36,089 nucleotides of DNA from Patescibacteria group bacterium (GTDB lineage Bacteria; Patescibacteriota; Patescibacteriia; UBA9934; CAMTUG01): positions 1 through 36,089 of the forward strand of contig JBBUGS010000050.1 of NCBI GenBank assembly GCA_038056005.1, given 5' to 3'. The notes under the pieces are model-generated. The model was not told the origin of the DNA. It searched no databases and saw nothing but the letters and a program-made list of their open reading frames with translations. The position numbers and the translations under genes are program-made. Within the stretch, counting starts at the first letter, position 1. Each line of letters opens with the position of its first letter. Positions 1 through 8,689 of this stretch are shown here, piece after piece.

Positions 1-1
1 T

Positions 2-628
2 CAAGTCGATGAATCGCAGTTGTTGAAATATGACATTGGCGCTCCGATTGCTTTCCCTAACTACTCGTTGCTTCAGGCGCCAAGTGGAGCGGTGTATTTG
101 ATCGTCGACGACGAACGTCGCGGCATTGATTCCATCGAAACATTTAACGCCATCGGCTACAGCACCGATGAAATTGTCCCAGCCACCAATGAAGATTTGA
201 GCGCTTATCGCGAAGGAAAAAAAATTACCATCGACAGCATCTATCCTGATGGCCACTTGCTTCAAGACACCACCAGCGGTGGTGTGTACTTTGTGCAAGA
301 TGGGGTGAAACAACCGCTTGTTTCCAAGGCTGTGCTCGACATTAATTTCGAAGGCTGGCGCATTCACCCGACGTTACGCGAAGTACTCGACACGTACGAA
401 ACTGGCGATGAAGTCAAACTGCCTGACGGTACCTTGGTAAAAGCAGATGATCCAACGGTTTACGTCATTTCTGAAGGCGAGCGCTTGCCGATTCTTTCTG
501 GCGATGTGTTCGAACAGATGGGATTTAAGTGGGAAAATATTAAGGTCGTTGACGAGCGTACCTTGAAGCTGCATCGTTTGGGCGACGAGATCGAGGGTCC
601 AACGATCGAAGTAGAGGACGAAGACTAA
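2..628 (+). CDS. hypothetical protein, C-terminal part (ORF open to window start) with three ~47-aa internal repeats
   Basis: The frame is open from nt 2 (QVDESQLLKYD...) and stops at 626-628. Repeated blocks are GAVYLIVDDERRGI, GGVYFVQDGVKQPL and PTVYVISEGERLPI. I recognise no family. Confidence 0.6.
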   Translation, partial: QVDESQLLKYDIGAPIAFPNYSLLQAPSGAVYLIVDDERRGIDSIETFNAIGYSTDEIVPATNEDLSAYREGKKITIDSIYPDGHLLQDTTSGGVYFVQDGVKQPLVSKAVLDINFEGWRIHPTLREVLDTYETGDEVKLPDGTLVKADDPTVYVISEGERLPILSGDVFEQMGFKWENIKVVDERTLKLHRLGDEIEGPTIEVEDED

Positions 629-630
629 GT

Positions 631-1422
631 ATGATCGTCTTTGCTGCCCTTACGCCGCATAGTCCCCTGCTCTTGCCTTCAGTCAACAAAGATAAGCAAA
701 AGCCGATTGCAAAAACCAAGACGGCCATGGCCGCACTCGCTGACGAGCTGTATGCGGCCAAGCCGGATGTGATTCTCATTATTTCTTCTCACGGCAACTT
801 GTACGAAGATGCATTCACCATCAATCTTCATGATGCGTATCGTCCCGATCTGTCCGAGTTTGGGGATTTGACACTTCATCGGCCCTTCTCGCCTGACTTC
901 AAGTTGATCGATGATATTCAGCGGGCGCTGCGCCGCAAACAGTTCCCTATCGGACTTACCTCAGACGAGAAGTTAGATTACGGGGCTTCGGTGCCACTGT
1001 TGCTCCTCACCGAGCATTTACCCAGCATTCACATTGTCCCGTTGAGCTACTCCCATCTTGGTGGCAAAGAACATTTTCAGTTTGGTGATGCGTTGAAAGA
1101 TGTGCTCGTCAACAGCAACAAGCGCATTGCGGTGATTGCGAGCGGCGATCAGTCGCACGCGCTCCAGACAACCTCGCCAGCCGGCTTTCACAAACAAGGC
1201 AAGGCGTATGACAAGGCGATTCAAGACGCGATTGTTAATCGCAACACTGCCCAATTGTTGAAACTTACACCCGAGAGTCTGGAACATGCTCACCAATGCT
1301 CGTACCAACCAATCCTCATGCTTCTTGGAATCATGGAGCGCTTAAGCTATGACCCCGTTATTCATTCTTACGAGTTTCCCTTCGGCGTTGGTTACTTAGT
1401 GGTCCATTTTGAACTTGGTTAG
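631..1422 (+). CDS. class III extradiol dioxygenase / LigB-MEMO superfamily-like protein
   Basis: 263 aa. The N-terminus IVFAALTPHSPLLLP, then ILIISSHG and AVIASGDQSHAL, resemble the His-containing motifs of the LigB/MEMO fold. The assignment is at fold level only. Confidence 0.55.
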   Translation: MIVFAALTPHSPLLLPSVNKDKQKPIAKTKTAMAALADELYAAKPDVILIISSHGNLYEDAFTINLHDAYRPDLSEFGDLTLHRPFSPDFKLIDDIQRALRRKQFPIGLTSDEKLDYGASVPLLLLTEHLPSIHIVPLSYSHLGGKEHFQFGDALKDVLVNSNKRIAVIASGDQSHALQTTSPAGFHKQGKAYDKAIQDAIVNRNTAQLLKLTPESLEHAHQCSYQPILMLLGIMERLSYDPVIHSYEFPFGVGYLVVHFELG

Positions 1423-3121
1423 TGTGATTATTGCACGCGTTGCCCTTCTGCGGAGGATGCCTCGGCGGATCGACGTTCTGGACTATTCTGTGCCAGAAGG
1501 ACTGTCGGTTAGTCGGGGTGATTTAGTATTAGTGCCGTTTCGTTCACTGCTCACACGGGCAGTGGTCATTTCCGTGGGAGAAACAGAGCCGGTCGGAAAG
1601 CTGCGTCCGCTGACTTCCCTCCTCGCGCCAAAAGCAATGAGCGAAACAGATCTGCGTGTTTTTGAAACAACGGCCAAGCAGCTTGTGCAATCCACCTCGA
1701 CGGTGCTGCGCGAAGTGTTTACGAACCAAGCGCCTCGTCCGAGCGCGTCGGAAACACCGAGACCAAGCATCCGCCAGACAGAAGTTCCGTTTGTGAAGCA
1801 AGCGATCGAGACTGTCCGATCTACTGCGGAATGTTTTATCGAAGTGCTCGACTTTGTCCAAGCCGTTGCGCTCGTCGAGGCGATTCGAAAAACCATTCCT
1901 GGCCCGCATCGCGTCTTTGTCCCCCACCATCATGACGCAGCACTTATTGACGGGGCGATGACCCGTCTGGCGGGGCTGGAGCTCAACACCCCATCGGTGG
2001 TCGATATTGTGGTGCGCTCTGGCATTCCTGAGCACGCGTCGTATGATCGCAATCCTCGCTATGACGCCCGCGAGATTCTTGCGTTGCAGCATAAAGAGAC
2101 AAAGCGGAAATTAGTCTTTATTGATGTCGCTCCTCGTGTCGTTGACCTTGCAGCATTCGAGACGATTTTGCAGGCACCGACGGAACTCATAGAGCCCCCA
2201 CAGATTATTGATCTTGTTGATCAAAAGAAAGCAGGCTTTACTTCCCTGCTGACCGAGCCGATTCTCGCTGCAACCACCGAGGCTTTACAGAGCGGCAAGT
2301 CAGTGCTCCTTTCCTTGAACCGCAAAGGCGTTTCGACCGGCCTGCGCTGTAAAGATTGTGGCTTCTCGCCGCTCTGTAAATCGTGTGGGGGCTCGCCAAC
2401 GGTATACGAAGATCACATGGAGTGTCACCGTTGCGGCGTGAGCGCTCCGATCGCCACCAGTTGTGCAAAATGCGGCAGCGTGAAGCTCACCCAGCGCGGA
2501 GTGGGCAATCAGCAAGTGAAAAAGCGGCTTCAAGAATTGTTTCCGGGCGTTGAAGTTGTGGTCGTCGAAAAACCTGATAAGAAGTCTCCGGCGCCGTCTC
2601 GATCGCGAAAGCAGCAAGTTATTATTGCGACACGTTATTATCTCGACGCGGTGTTGAATCCTCTTGACCCTCCGTCGTTTGGTTTGGTAGCCGATGTGCT
2701 CGGTGACATTGGCTTATCTGATCCAGCCTACACGGCCGGAGAAAACGTCCTCCATCATCTGCTCGAGCTCCGCGGTGTAGCTTATCGGGCCAAGTGTCCG
2801 TTTCTCGTCCAGACCTGGGACAAGCAGCTTATGGACAAAATGCTTCTTGATCCACATGGATATTTAGAGGAAGAAAGGGCACTTAGAAAACTTGTCTCGC
2901 TCCCGCCCTACGGAATCCTGTATAAGCTCACCACACGCGGAGAAACGACCATCGAAGAGATCAAACAGCGCCTCCACAACGCTTTGGCGGGTCTTACCGT
3001 GCGCGAGCACACTGAGCGTAAACATCACGTGCTCGAGATCCTTATTCCGAATGGTAGGAGCGGCAATTTACCCTCGGTCTTGAAACAACTTCCAGATGAC
3101 GTTATTATCGAACGCGTATGA
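1409..3121 (+). CDS. priA: PriA-like primosomal protein N' homolog lacking recognisable ATPase motifs
   Basis: The N-terminus VLDYSVPEGLSVSRGDLVLVPF is like the PriA 3'-DNA-binding domain. The LNRKG-CKDCG...CKSCG...CHRCG...CAKCG segment gives four CxxC pairs like the PriA Cys-rich region. I found no GxGKT Walker A or DExH motif. The start is uncertain: TTG at 1409 or in-frame GTG at 1424, just after the upstream stop. Confidence 0.7.
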   Translation: MNLVSVIIARVALLRRMPRRIDVLDYSVPEGLSVSRGDLVLVPFRSLLTRAVVISVGETEPVGKLRPLTSLLAPKAMSETDLRVFETTAKQLVQSTSTVLREVFTNQAPRPSASETPRPSIRQTEVPFVKQAIETVRSTAECFIEVLDFVQAVALVEAIRKTIPGPHRVFVPHHHDAALIDGAMTRLAGLELNTPSVVDIVVRSGIPEHASYDRNPRYDAREILALQHKETKRKLVFIDVAPRVVDLAAFETILQAPTELIEPPQIIDLVDQKKAGFTSLLTEPILAATTEALQSGKSVLLSLNRKGVSTGLRCKDCGFSPLCKSCGGSPTVYEDHMECHRCGVSAPIATSCAKCGSVKLTQRGVGNQQVKKRLQELFPGVEVVVVEKPDKKSPAPSRSRKQQVIIATRYYLDAVLNPLDPPSFGLVADVLGDIGLSDPAYTAGENVLHHLLELRGVAYRAKCPFLVQTWDKQLMDKMLLDPHGYLEEERALRKLVSLPPYGILYKLTTRGETTIEEIKQRLHNALAGLTVREHTERKHHVLEILIPNGRSGNLPSVLKQLPDDVIIERV

Positions 3122-3624
3122 TCCTCGACCTACTGCCTACTTCTGACCCAAGATTACGACAGACTTCCGAAGATATCTCGATGGAAGAGCTTTTGCGTCC
3201 AGAAACCCAGAAGTTTATTGATGATATGATTGAGACCATGAAGGCGCAAAGGAATTCAGAATCAAATCCGGTTGGTCTTGCTGCAGTGCAGGTTGGGGTC
3301 AATAAGCGGATTATCGTAGTTGATCACAACGGCCGGAACCCTCGTGTTTTTATCAATGCGCGGATGTCTGGCCTCTCGCCTGGTATAGTTGATAGTCCGG
3401 AAGGTTGCTACTCCGTGATCGGCACCTGGGGGGTGTTGAAGCGCCATAAGAAAGGCAACGTCAAAGCGCTTGACCGTGAAGGCAATAAAGTCTCCTTCAA
3501 AGTTTCTGGCTTTGAGGCTATTGTTTTCCAGCATGAGATTGATCACACCGATGGCACCTTATTTATTGATCATGCTGACGTGGAAATCACTAAAACAGCG
3601 CTTCAGCATCCTGATCATTCATGA
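3118..3624 (+). CDS. def: peptide deformylase
   Basis: Contains the three PDF motifs GLAAVQVG, EGCYSV and HEIDHTDG. ATGA overlap with the upstream gene. Confidence 0.95.
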   Translation: MILDLLPTSDPRLRQTSEDISMEELLRPETQKFIDDMIETMKAQRNSESNPVGLAAVQVGVNKRIIVVDHNGRNPRVFINARMSGLSPGIVDSPEGCYSVIGTWGVLKRHKKGNVKALDREGNKVSFKVSGFEAIVFQHEIDHTDGTLFIDHADVEITKTALQHPDHS

Positions 3625-4454
3625 AAATTGTTTTCTTCGGCACACCAGAACTCGCTACCAACGTTTTACAAGCTCTTATTGATGCTGAGGGTTTTGACGT
3701 AGTGGCGACGGTCACCCGACCAGACAAAGCGGTGGGGCGCGATCCGGCGATCACACCATCCCCTGTCAAAGCTCTGGCGACGGGGCGCGGCATTCCTGTT
3801 CTTGACTTTGCTTCTCTCAAAACGGCCGTCGCCGTTGACGCTCTTCGAACGCTTAATGCTGACGTGTTCGTCGTGTTCAACTACGGCAAAATTATTCCTC
3901 CTGCTGTTCTCGAGATTCCGCCACTGGGCTGCGTAAACTTGCACCCATCGCTTCTCCCTAAGTATCGTGGACCAACGCCATACCTCTCTGCCCTCTTGAA
4001 CGGCGAAACAGAAACCGGAGTCAGCATTATGCTCCTTGATGCCGGAATGGACACGGGTCCCATTCTTGCGACGACCCGTGTTCCAATCATGCCGGACGAC
4101 ACCACTCCTGAACTCGCCGAGCGTCTGATTGCGGCTGGGACTCCTGTGCTGATTGCTACCCTCCGCGGCTACGCCGCGGGAACGATTCAACCCGTGGCTC
4201 AAAATGACGCTGAAGCAACCTATACTAAACTTCTCGACCGCGAAGATGGTTTGGTGACTGGCAAAGAAACGCCGGAAGAGTTGGATCGAAAAATCCGCGC
4301 CTACACCCCTTGGCCTGGGTGTTACACGATAATCAAGCGTAATGGAAAAGATCTACGGGTCAAACTTTTGCCGGGCGGGATGGTTCAGCCAGAAGGCAAG
4401 AAACCGATGGCGCTTTCAGAATTTGAACGCGGCTACGGGCAATTATTTTCGTGA
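3621..4454 (+). CDS. fmt: methionyl-tRNA formyltransferase
   Basis: MKIVFFGTPELA..., VATVTRPDKAVGR and NLHPSLLPKYRGPTP are typical Fmt motifs. Classic def-fmt pairing with an ATGA overlap. Confidence 0.93.
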   Translation: MKIVFFGTPELATNVLQALIDAEGFDVVATVTRPDKAVGRDPAITPSPVKALATGRGIPVLDFASLKTAVAVDALRTLNADVFVVFNYGKIIPPAVLEIPPLGCVNLHPSLLPKYRGPTPYLSALLNGETETGVSIMLLDAGMDTGPILATTRVPIMPDDTTPELAERLIAAGTPVLIATLRGYAAGTIQPVAQNDAEATYTKLLDREDGLVTGKETPEELDRKIRAYTPWPGCYTIIKRNGKDLRVKLLPGGMVQPEGKKPMALSEFERGYGQLFS

Positions 4455-4522
4455 ACTTTTTAAAAGAGATGGCCGGTCGGGTTGGCTGTAGAGTTTGAAG
4501 GGTCTGATATAGCAGGTGCTCG

Positions 4523-4592
4523 AAAATGAGACTACAGACCTTAATATTTTGGCTAGCTAAAGATAAAATACAGCATCCTGTAGTCTCATTTT
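4523..4592. terminator. long stem-loop between convergent genes, probable bidirectional terminator
   Basis: Perfect 15-bp inverted repeat: AAAATGAGACTACAG at 4523-4537 and CTGTAGTCTCATTTT at 4578-4592. An inner TATTTT/AAAATA pairing and a central GCTAGC palindrome are also present. The arms end in T/A runs on both strands. It lies between the fmt stop (4454) and the ligase-like gene stop (4658). Confidence 0.5.
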
Positions 4593-4657
4593 GGAGGGGG
4601 TGCCCCTTAAGACCGCCCAAACTACACTACAACTGCACTACAGCAAAGCCGCCCCAG

Positions 4658-6199
4658 CTACTCTTTAAAAGACACCATCGAACCACTCGCCACAGACGCG
4701 CTGGGTGCTTTGGCAGCGATGACTTCTTTAATATGCACCATGGCCCCTTTGGGGGCTTTTTTGCTTGATGGTGTGAGAAACGGGGTCAAGAAAATCAAAT
4801 AACCAAGGCCAATCGGATGGTTTAAGTAGGGTGAAAAGGTGTGAGTGGCGTAGAGAGCCACAAGGCCAGCAAAAAAGCCGATCGTGAGCCAGCCGTGCTC
4901 GCCCTTAAATCCCCGACCAAGACCTTTGGCCGTCATGATGCCGAGCCAAAGAATCGCAATGAGTCCGAGCATACCCATCTTCAGCCACGTGTCCAGCCAG
5001 CCCCACTCAAATGCGTAGGTGCGCCACATGCCATCGGGGAATCGCTCACGGACAAAGGGGTCATCTGATTCGAAAGCAACGACGGTCCCAAACCCTTTAC
5101 CAAGGATCGGACTTTCGCTGATCGACTGGGTCATAGCCGGCAACAGTTTCCAACGCGAGGTAATCGCGACGTCATCGCCTTGTAACGTGCGGTCAGAAAG
5201 TAAATCACCAAATCCAGAAACATTGCCCCCGGCAGGAAATGGAAAGGCCAACACGATCCACAAAAGTGCCACTGAGGTCGCGACCATCACTACCCCTGCT
5301 AACTTTTTGACAGCAATTTCTTTGAACGATGGTCGGCGGATAATCATCACACAGACAGCGAGAGCAACGCCTCCGGCAATAATCCCGATCCAAAAGCTGC
5401 GCGATAGAGAAATGATTAGCGTCGAGAGCGTCAAAATAATTCCCCCAGCAATGATGTTTTGATCGCGGCGATTCCGCCAGAACCAAAAGGCCGCGCTCGC
5501 GAGGATAAGCACGAACACGACATCAAAGAATTGCGCTTGTAAAAAGATGCGGAAAATATCGTCGACTACCCGAGTCAGTTCTGCCACCCGGGCATCACGA
5601 AAGAATTTATACAAGATGCGCTGGGTTGGTTCAGAGGTGTGAGTGAACAAATACAAAATGACGAGCGTCAACAAACTAATAAACGTACTTGCACTTGCAA
5701 AGACTTGGACAAGTGTTCGGCGTTTGAGAGCATCCCAAGCCACCGTAAGCACGGGGAAAATGTAGAGGACATAGAAATAGCCGTTGCCGTCATCAATAAC
5801 GTCATGATGAATATTGCTCTGCCAGCCGATCAGAAATCCAAGGACTACAGCAAGGAGCAAAAGATAATACGGCCGCAAAAGCGGCTGACCAAGGTTGAGC
5901 CGACGGCCGCGCAAAATGTGAACGCCCCAACCAAGCATCACTGCCCCAAAAATAGCCATTCTGATCGAAATAGGGCCTGCGTTTAGCAAGTGGCCATGCG
6001 AAGTGGCAATAAGCTCGGCAAAGGCGATAAAAAGGCCGTTTTCGAGCTTGTGGAGAGTGGCGGCAAGGGTTATGAGGGCTATGACGAGCAAAGCCACGGG
6101 CTCGACGCCGGTGTGTTGAACAAAATAGGTCAAAACATAGGTCGCGACCAGCGCGCCCATGGTCAGCCAAAAGGTTTTTCCAAAGAATTGCTCTTTCAT
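4658..6199 (-). CDS. O-antigen ligase / Wzy_C-like polytopic membrane protein
   Basis: Has multiple TM segments and a Wzy_C-like core (ISLSRSFWIGIIAGGVALAV). I chose the start at the MKEQFF ATG (6199), which forms an ATGA overlap with the upstream stop. The ORF track's longer start is 6217. Confidence 0.75.
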   Translation of the reverse strand: MKEQFFGKTFWLTMGALVATYVLTYFVQHTGVEPVALLVIALITLAATLHKLENGLFIAFAELIATSHGHLLNAGPISIRMAIFGAVMLGWGVHILRGRRLNLGQPLLRPYYLLLLAVVLGFLIGWQSNIHHDVIDDGNGYFYVLYIFPVLTVAWDALKRRTLVQVFASASTFISLLTLVILYLFTHTSEPTQRILYKFFRDARVAELTRVVDDIFRIFLQAQFFDVVFVLILASAAFWFWRNRRDQNIIAGGIILTLSTLIISLSRSFWIGIIAGGVALAVCVMIIRRPSFKEIAVKKLAGVVMVATSVALLWIVLAFPFPAGGNVSGFGDLLSDRTLQGDDVAITSRWKLLPAMTQSISESPILGKGFGTVVAFESDDPFVRERFPDGMWRTYAFEWGWLDTWLKMGMLGLIAILWLGIMTAKGLGRGFKGEHGWLTIGFFAGLVALYATHTFSPYLNHPIGLGYLIFLTPFLTPSSKKAPKGAMVHIKEVIAAKAPSASVASGSMVSFKE

Positions 6200-6867
6200 A
6201 CATCGATATATTCCCACTTGCCTAATTTCAAATCACCGAGTTTTATGTTGCCCATGCGCACGCGCTTCAACGATGCAACGCGAAACCCATAGGCTTGCAT
6301 CAGTCGGCGAATCTCACGCTTCTTGCCTTCTTGCAAAATAAAGGTGAGTGACTTTCCTTCTCCGTCAGCAAAACGCACTTTGATTGGTGCCAGCGCCTCC
6401 CCGTCGAGCGACGACGTTTGTTCAATGCGCTTTCTGATCGGCTCCGACATCGCCGGCTCGACGCGCACTTCGTATTCTTTCTCGTGTTCAAATCGTGGGT
6501 GGGTCATTTTGAGCGCCCAGTCGCCGTCGTTGGTCAAAATGAGCAACCCCTCACTTTCTTTATCCAGTCGGCCGACTGGATAAACACGCTCCTTTACCTG
6601 CACCAGTTGTAGCACACTGTCGCCTTCTTGGGTGCGATTTGAACACACATAGCCTCGCGGCTTGTTGAGTTTAATATACACCTTTTTTTCTGATGCGATC
6701 GGCTGGCCATCGACAACAATTTCATCAACGGCCGGATCAGCTTTGACTCCAAGCTCACGCACAATTTTGCCATTCACCGCCACTCGACCAGCAGCAATCA
6801 TTTCTTCCGCTCTCCGCCTGGAAGCAACCCCTGCTTCCGCCAGTACTTTTTGCAAGCGTTCTTTCAT
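6196..6867 (-). CDS. pseudouridine synthase, RsuA/RluB family, with an S4 domain
   Basis: MKERLQKVLAEAGVASRRRAEEMI is an S4 domain. KPRGYVCS and VGRLDKESEGLLILTNDG form the catalytic Asp motif. I chose the start at 6867 because of the ATGA overlap with the GT2 stop. Confidence 0.9.
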   Translation of the reverse strand: MKERLQKVLAEAGVASRRRAEEMIAAGRVAVNGKIVRELGVKADPAVDEIVVDGQPIASEKKVYIKLNKPRGYVCSNRTQEGDSVLQLVQVKERVYPVGRLDKESEGLLILTNDGDWALKMTHPRFEHEKEYEVRVEPAMSEPIRKRIEQTSSLDGEALAPIKVRFADGEGKSLTFILQEGKKREIRRLMQAYGFRVASLKRVRMGNIKLGDLKLGKWEYIDV

Positions 6868-7571
6868 AGATGGTGCTTGGACATAATAATCGCCTTGGCT
6901 GCTTCGTACTTTTTGATCGCTGTCGGCGCCCAACCAACCTTCTTCCAGGGAATGCGATAGACAAACGACGGCCGCCATTCAGAAATTCCTTTGCGTTCAC
7001 GATCATCTTCAATATGAAATAACTCTTCGTTAATGAAAACTCCTTGCTTCCCGTGCTCCAACATGGTGAGCCACACATCCCAATCCTGAAAGCGGCGGAG
7101 TGTTTCGTCAAAACCTGGAAAGTCTGCCCGGCGAATCAGTGTTGTGGTGTGAATAAAGTTCATTTTTTTAAGTCGCTCGGCACTGAACGGATAAGAAGGA
7201 AATGACTTCCAACCAAAACGAAACCCGCTGTAGCAATAACTAGTGTCGGGATGCGCTTCCAGTTGCTTAACCATCTTTCCAAGCATGTCGCGTTCCAACA
7301 CAGCGTCGGCATCACAGAAAATAATAAATTCACCTTGCGATAATTTGAAACCTGCGTTGCGAGCGGCATTGCCTCCGCTGTTTTGTTGATAGTGATAAAC
7401 AATCCGATCAAAATAAGGCCGTAGGATCTCCTCAGTCCCATCCGTTGAACCATCGTTTACAATAATGATTTCAAGCGGCTGATAGCTCTGGTTAAGCACG
7501 CTTTCCAAGCATGCCTTCACGGTGTTGGCATGCTGGTAGCTAGGGATGATCACCGAGATAAGCGGGGTCAT
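6864..7571 (-). CDS. glycosyltransferase family 2
   Basis: ISVIIPSYQHANTVKACLESVLNQSY...IIIVNDGSTDGT and a DAD motif (CDADAV). Confidence 0.9.
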   Translation of the reverse strand: MTPLISVIIPSYQHANTVKACLESVLNQSYQPLEIIIVNDGSTDGTEEILRPYFDRIVYHYQQNSGGNAARNAGFKLSQGEFIIFCDADAVLERDMLGKMVKQLEAHPDTSYCYSGFRFGWKSFPSYPFSAERLKKMNFIHTTTLIRRADFPGFDETLRRFQDWDVWLTMLEHGKQGVFINEELFHIEDDRERKGISEWRPSFVYRIPWKKVGWAPTAIKKYEAAKAIIMSKHHL

Positions 7572-8689
7572 ACGAGTTCGGCGAGCTTAGCAAATTGGAC
7601 GTCAGCCGTAAATTCCGACAAGGCGCGTGCTTTGCCAGCTTCGCCGAGCTTAATCCGTAGTGCTGGATCCCCTGCCAGGCGCTCAATGGCTTCGGCTAAA
7701 TCCGTAACCGACGCTGATGGCACCAAGAGCCCTGTCTCGTTGTCCAAAACCGCTTCATTCACTCCTGGCAAGTCCGAGGCGATCGAGGGAAGACCAAAAG
7801 CTGCCGCTTCTACATACACTGTCCCGAAGCCCTCGATATCTTTTCCTAAGTGTTCGGTGGGCATTATGAATAGATCCGCTCGCTCGTAATGTTTGATGAG
7901 TTCGACATCATTGGCATTTTGAACAAAGGTCACGTGTTCCTCAAGCTTCAACTTTTTCGTATGCGCTTCGAGTTCAGAAATTAACGGACCCGAACCGACA
8001 ATCGTGTAATGCAAAGAGCCGATGCGGTGCTCAGAAACAAGTAGCGCTAAGGCATCGAGCACATGGGCATGGCCTTTGCGGGGGACGAGCCGGGCAACGG
8101 TCAAAAGTTCTAGCGGCTTTTCTTTGGTGTGCGCAGCTACGGAAGTGTCGCGATGAAATCCTCGCGCCTTGGCAATCAACTCTGCCGAGAGACACGGATA
8201 AATCACATCGAGCTCTCTTGGCTTCACAAACCCGAGTACTTCGCGAGCCAAGGTTTCGCTATTGGCGACCACAACGTGGGCTTCACGGAGTACTTGTCGG
8301 GTAAGCTTTTGCTTCCACCCGTTACGTCGCGCGAGGGCAAAGTCCATTCCGTGCAAAAAAATAATATACGGTTTTTTGGTGAAGCGCTTATAAAATAGCG
8401 CTACAACTCCGAGCGGCAAAATATGACTCACCAGATTCACCTTGGTTTTATGGTGGTAACGTATGAGCGGGACGAAGGCCTTCACCCATTTTGGCCAACC
8501 AAATCGGGCCAGCAAATGTTGGCGGTGGAGCTCAAACTCTGCCGCAGAGTCTCCTTCCATGCTCTCCTTTTCCGGCGAGACCACGACAATAATCTTATCA
8601 TGATAATACGCAGCAAGTTCGTACAAGTAGCGCGCCACTCCCCCTCGTCGTGGTGGAAAATCCAATGTAAGCAAAAGAAACGTCTTCAT
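7568..8689 (-). CDS. glycosyltransferase family 4 (GT-B, Glycos_transf_1)
   Basis: The C-terminal motif EGFGTVYVEAAAFGLPSIASDLPGVNEAVLDNETGLLV is typical of GT4/GT1-type retaining transferases. Confidence 0.9.
   Translation of the reverse strand: MKTFLLLTLDFPPRRGGVARYLYELAAYYHDKIIVVVSPEKESMEGDSAAEFELHRQHLLARFGWPKWVKAFVPLIRYHHKTKVNLVSHILPLGVVALFYKRFTKKPYIIFLHGMDFALARRNGWKQKLTRQVLREAHVVVANSETLAREVLGFVKPRELDVIYPCLSAELIAKARGFHRDTSVAAHTKEKPLELLTVARLVPRKGHAHVLDALALLVSEHRIGSLHYTIVGSGPLISELEAHTKKLKLEEHVTFVQNANDVELIKHYERADLFIMPTEHLGKDIEGFGTVYVEAAAFGLPSIASDLPGVNEAVLDNETGLLVPSASVTDLAEAIERLAGDPALRIKLGEAGKARALSEFTADVQFAKLAELV

Noticed and set aside
1483-2092. Two long minus-strand ORFs (137 and 182 aa) inside the priA-like gene, and similarly 3666..4202 inside fmt
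   Set aside because: They are antisense to well-supported genes. Their translations are Arg/Ser-rich with no motifs.
4610-4645. Short CTACA/CTACAG-rich stretch after the big hairpin
   Set aside because: It is low-complexity, too short and too irregular to call a repeat family or a binding-site array.
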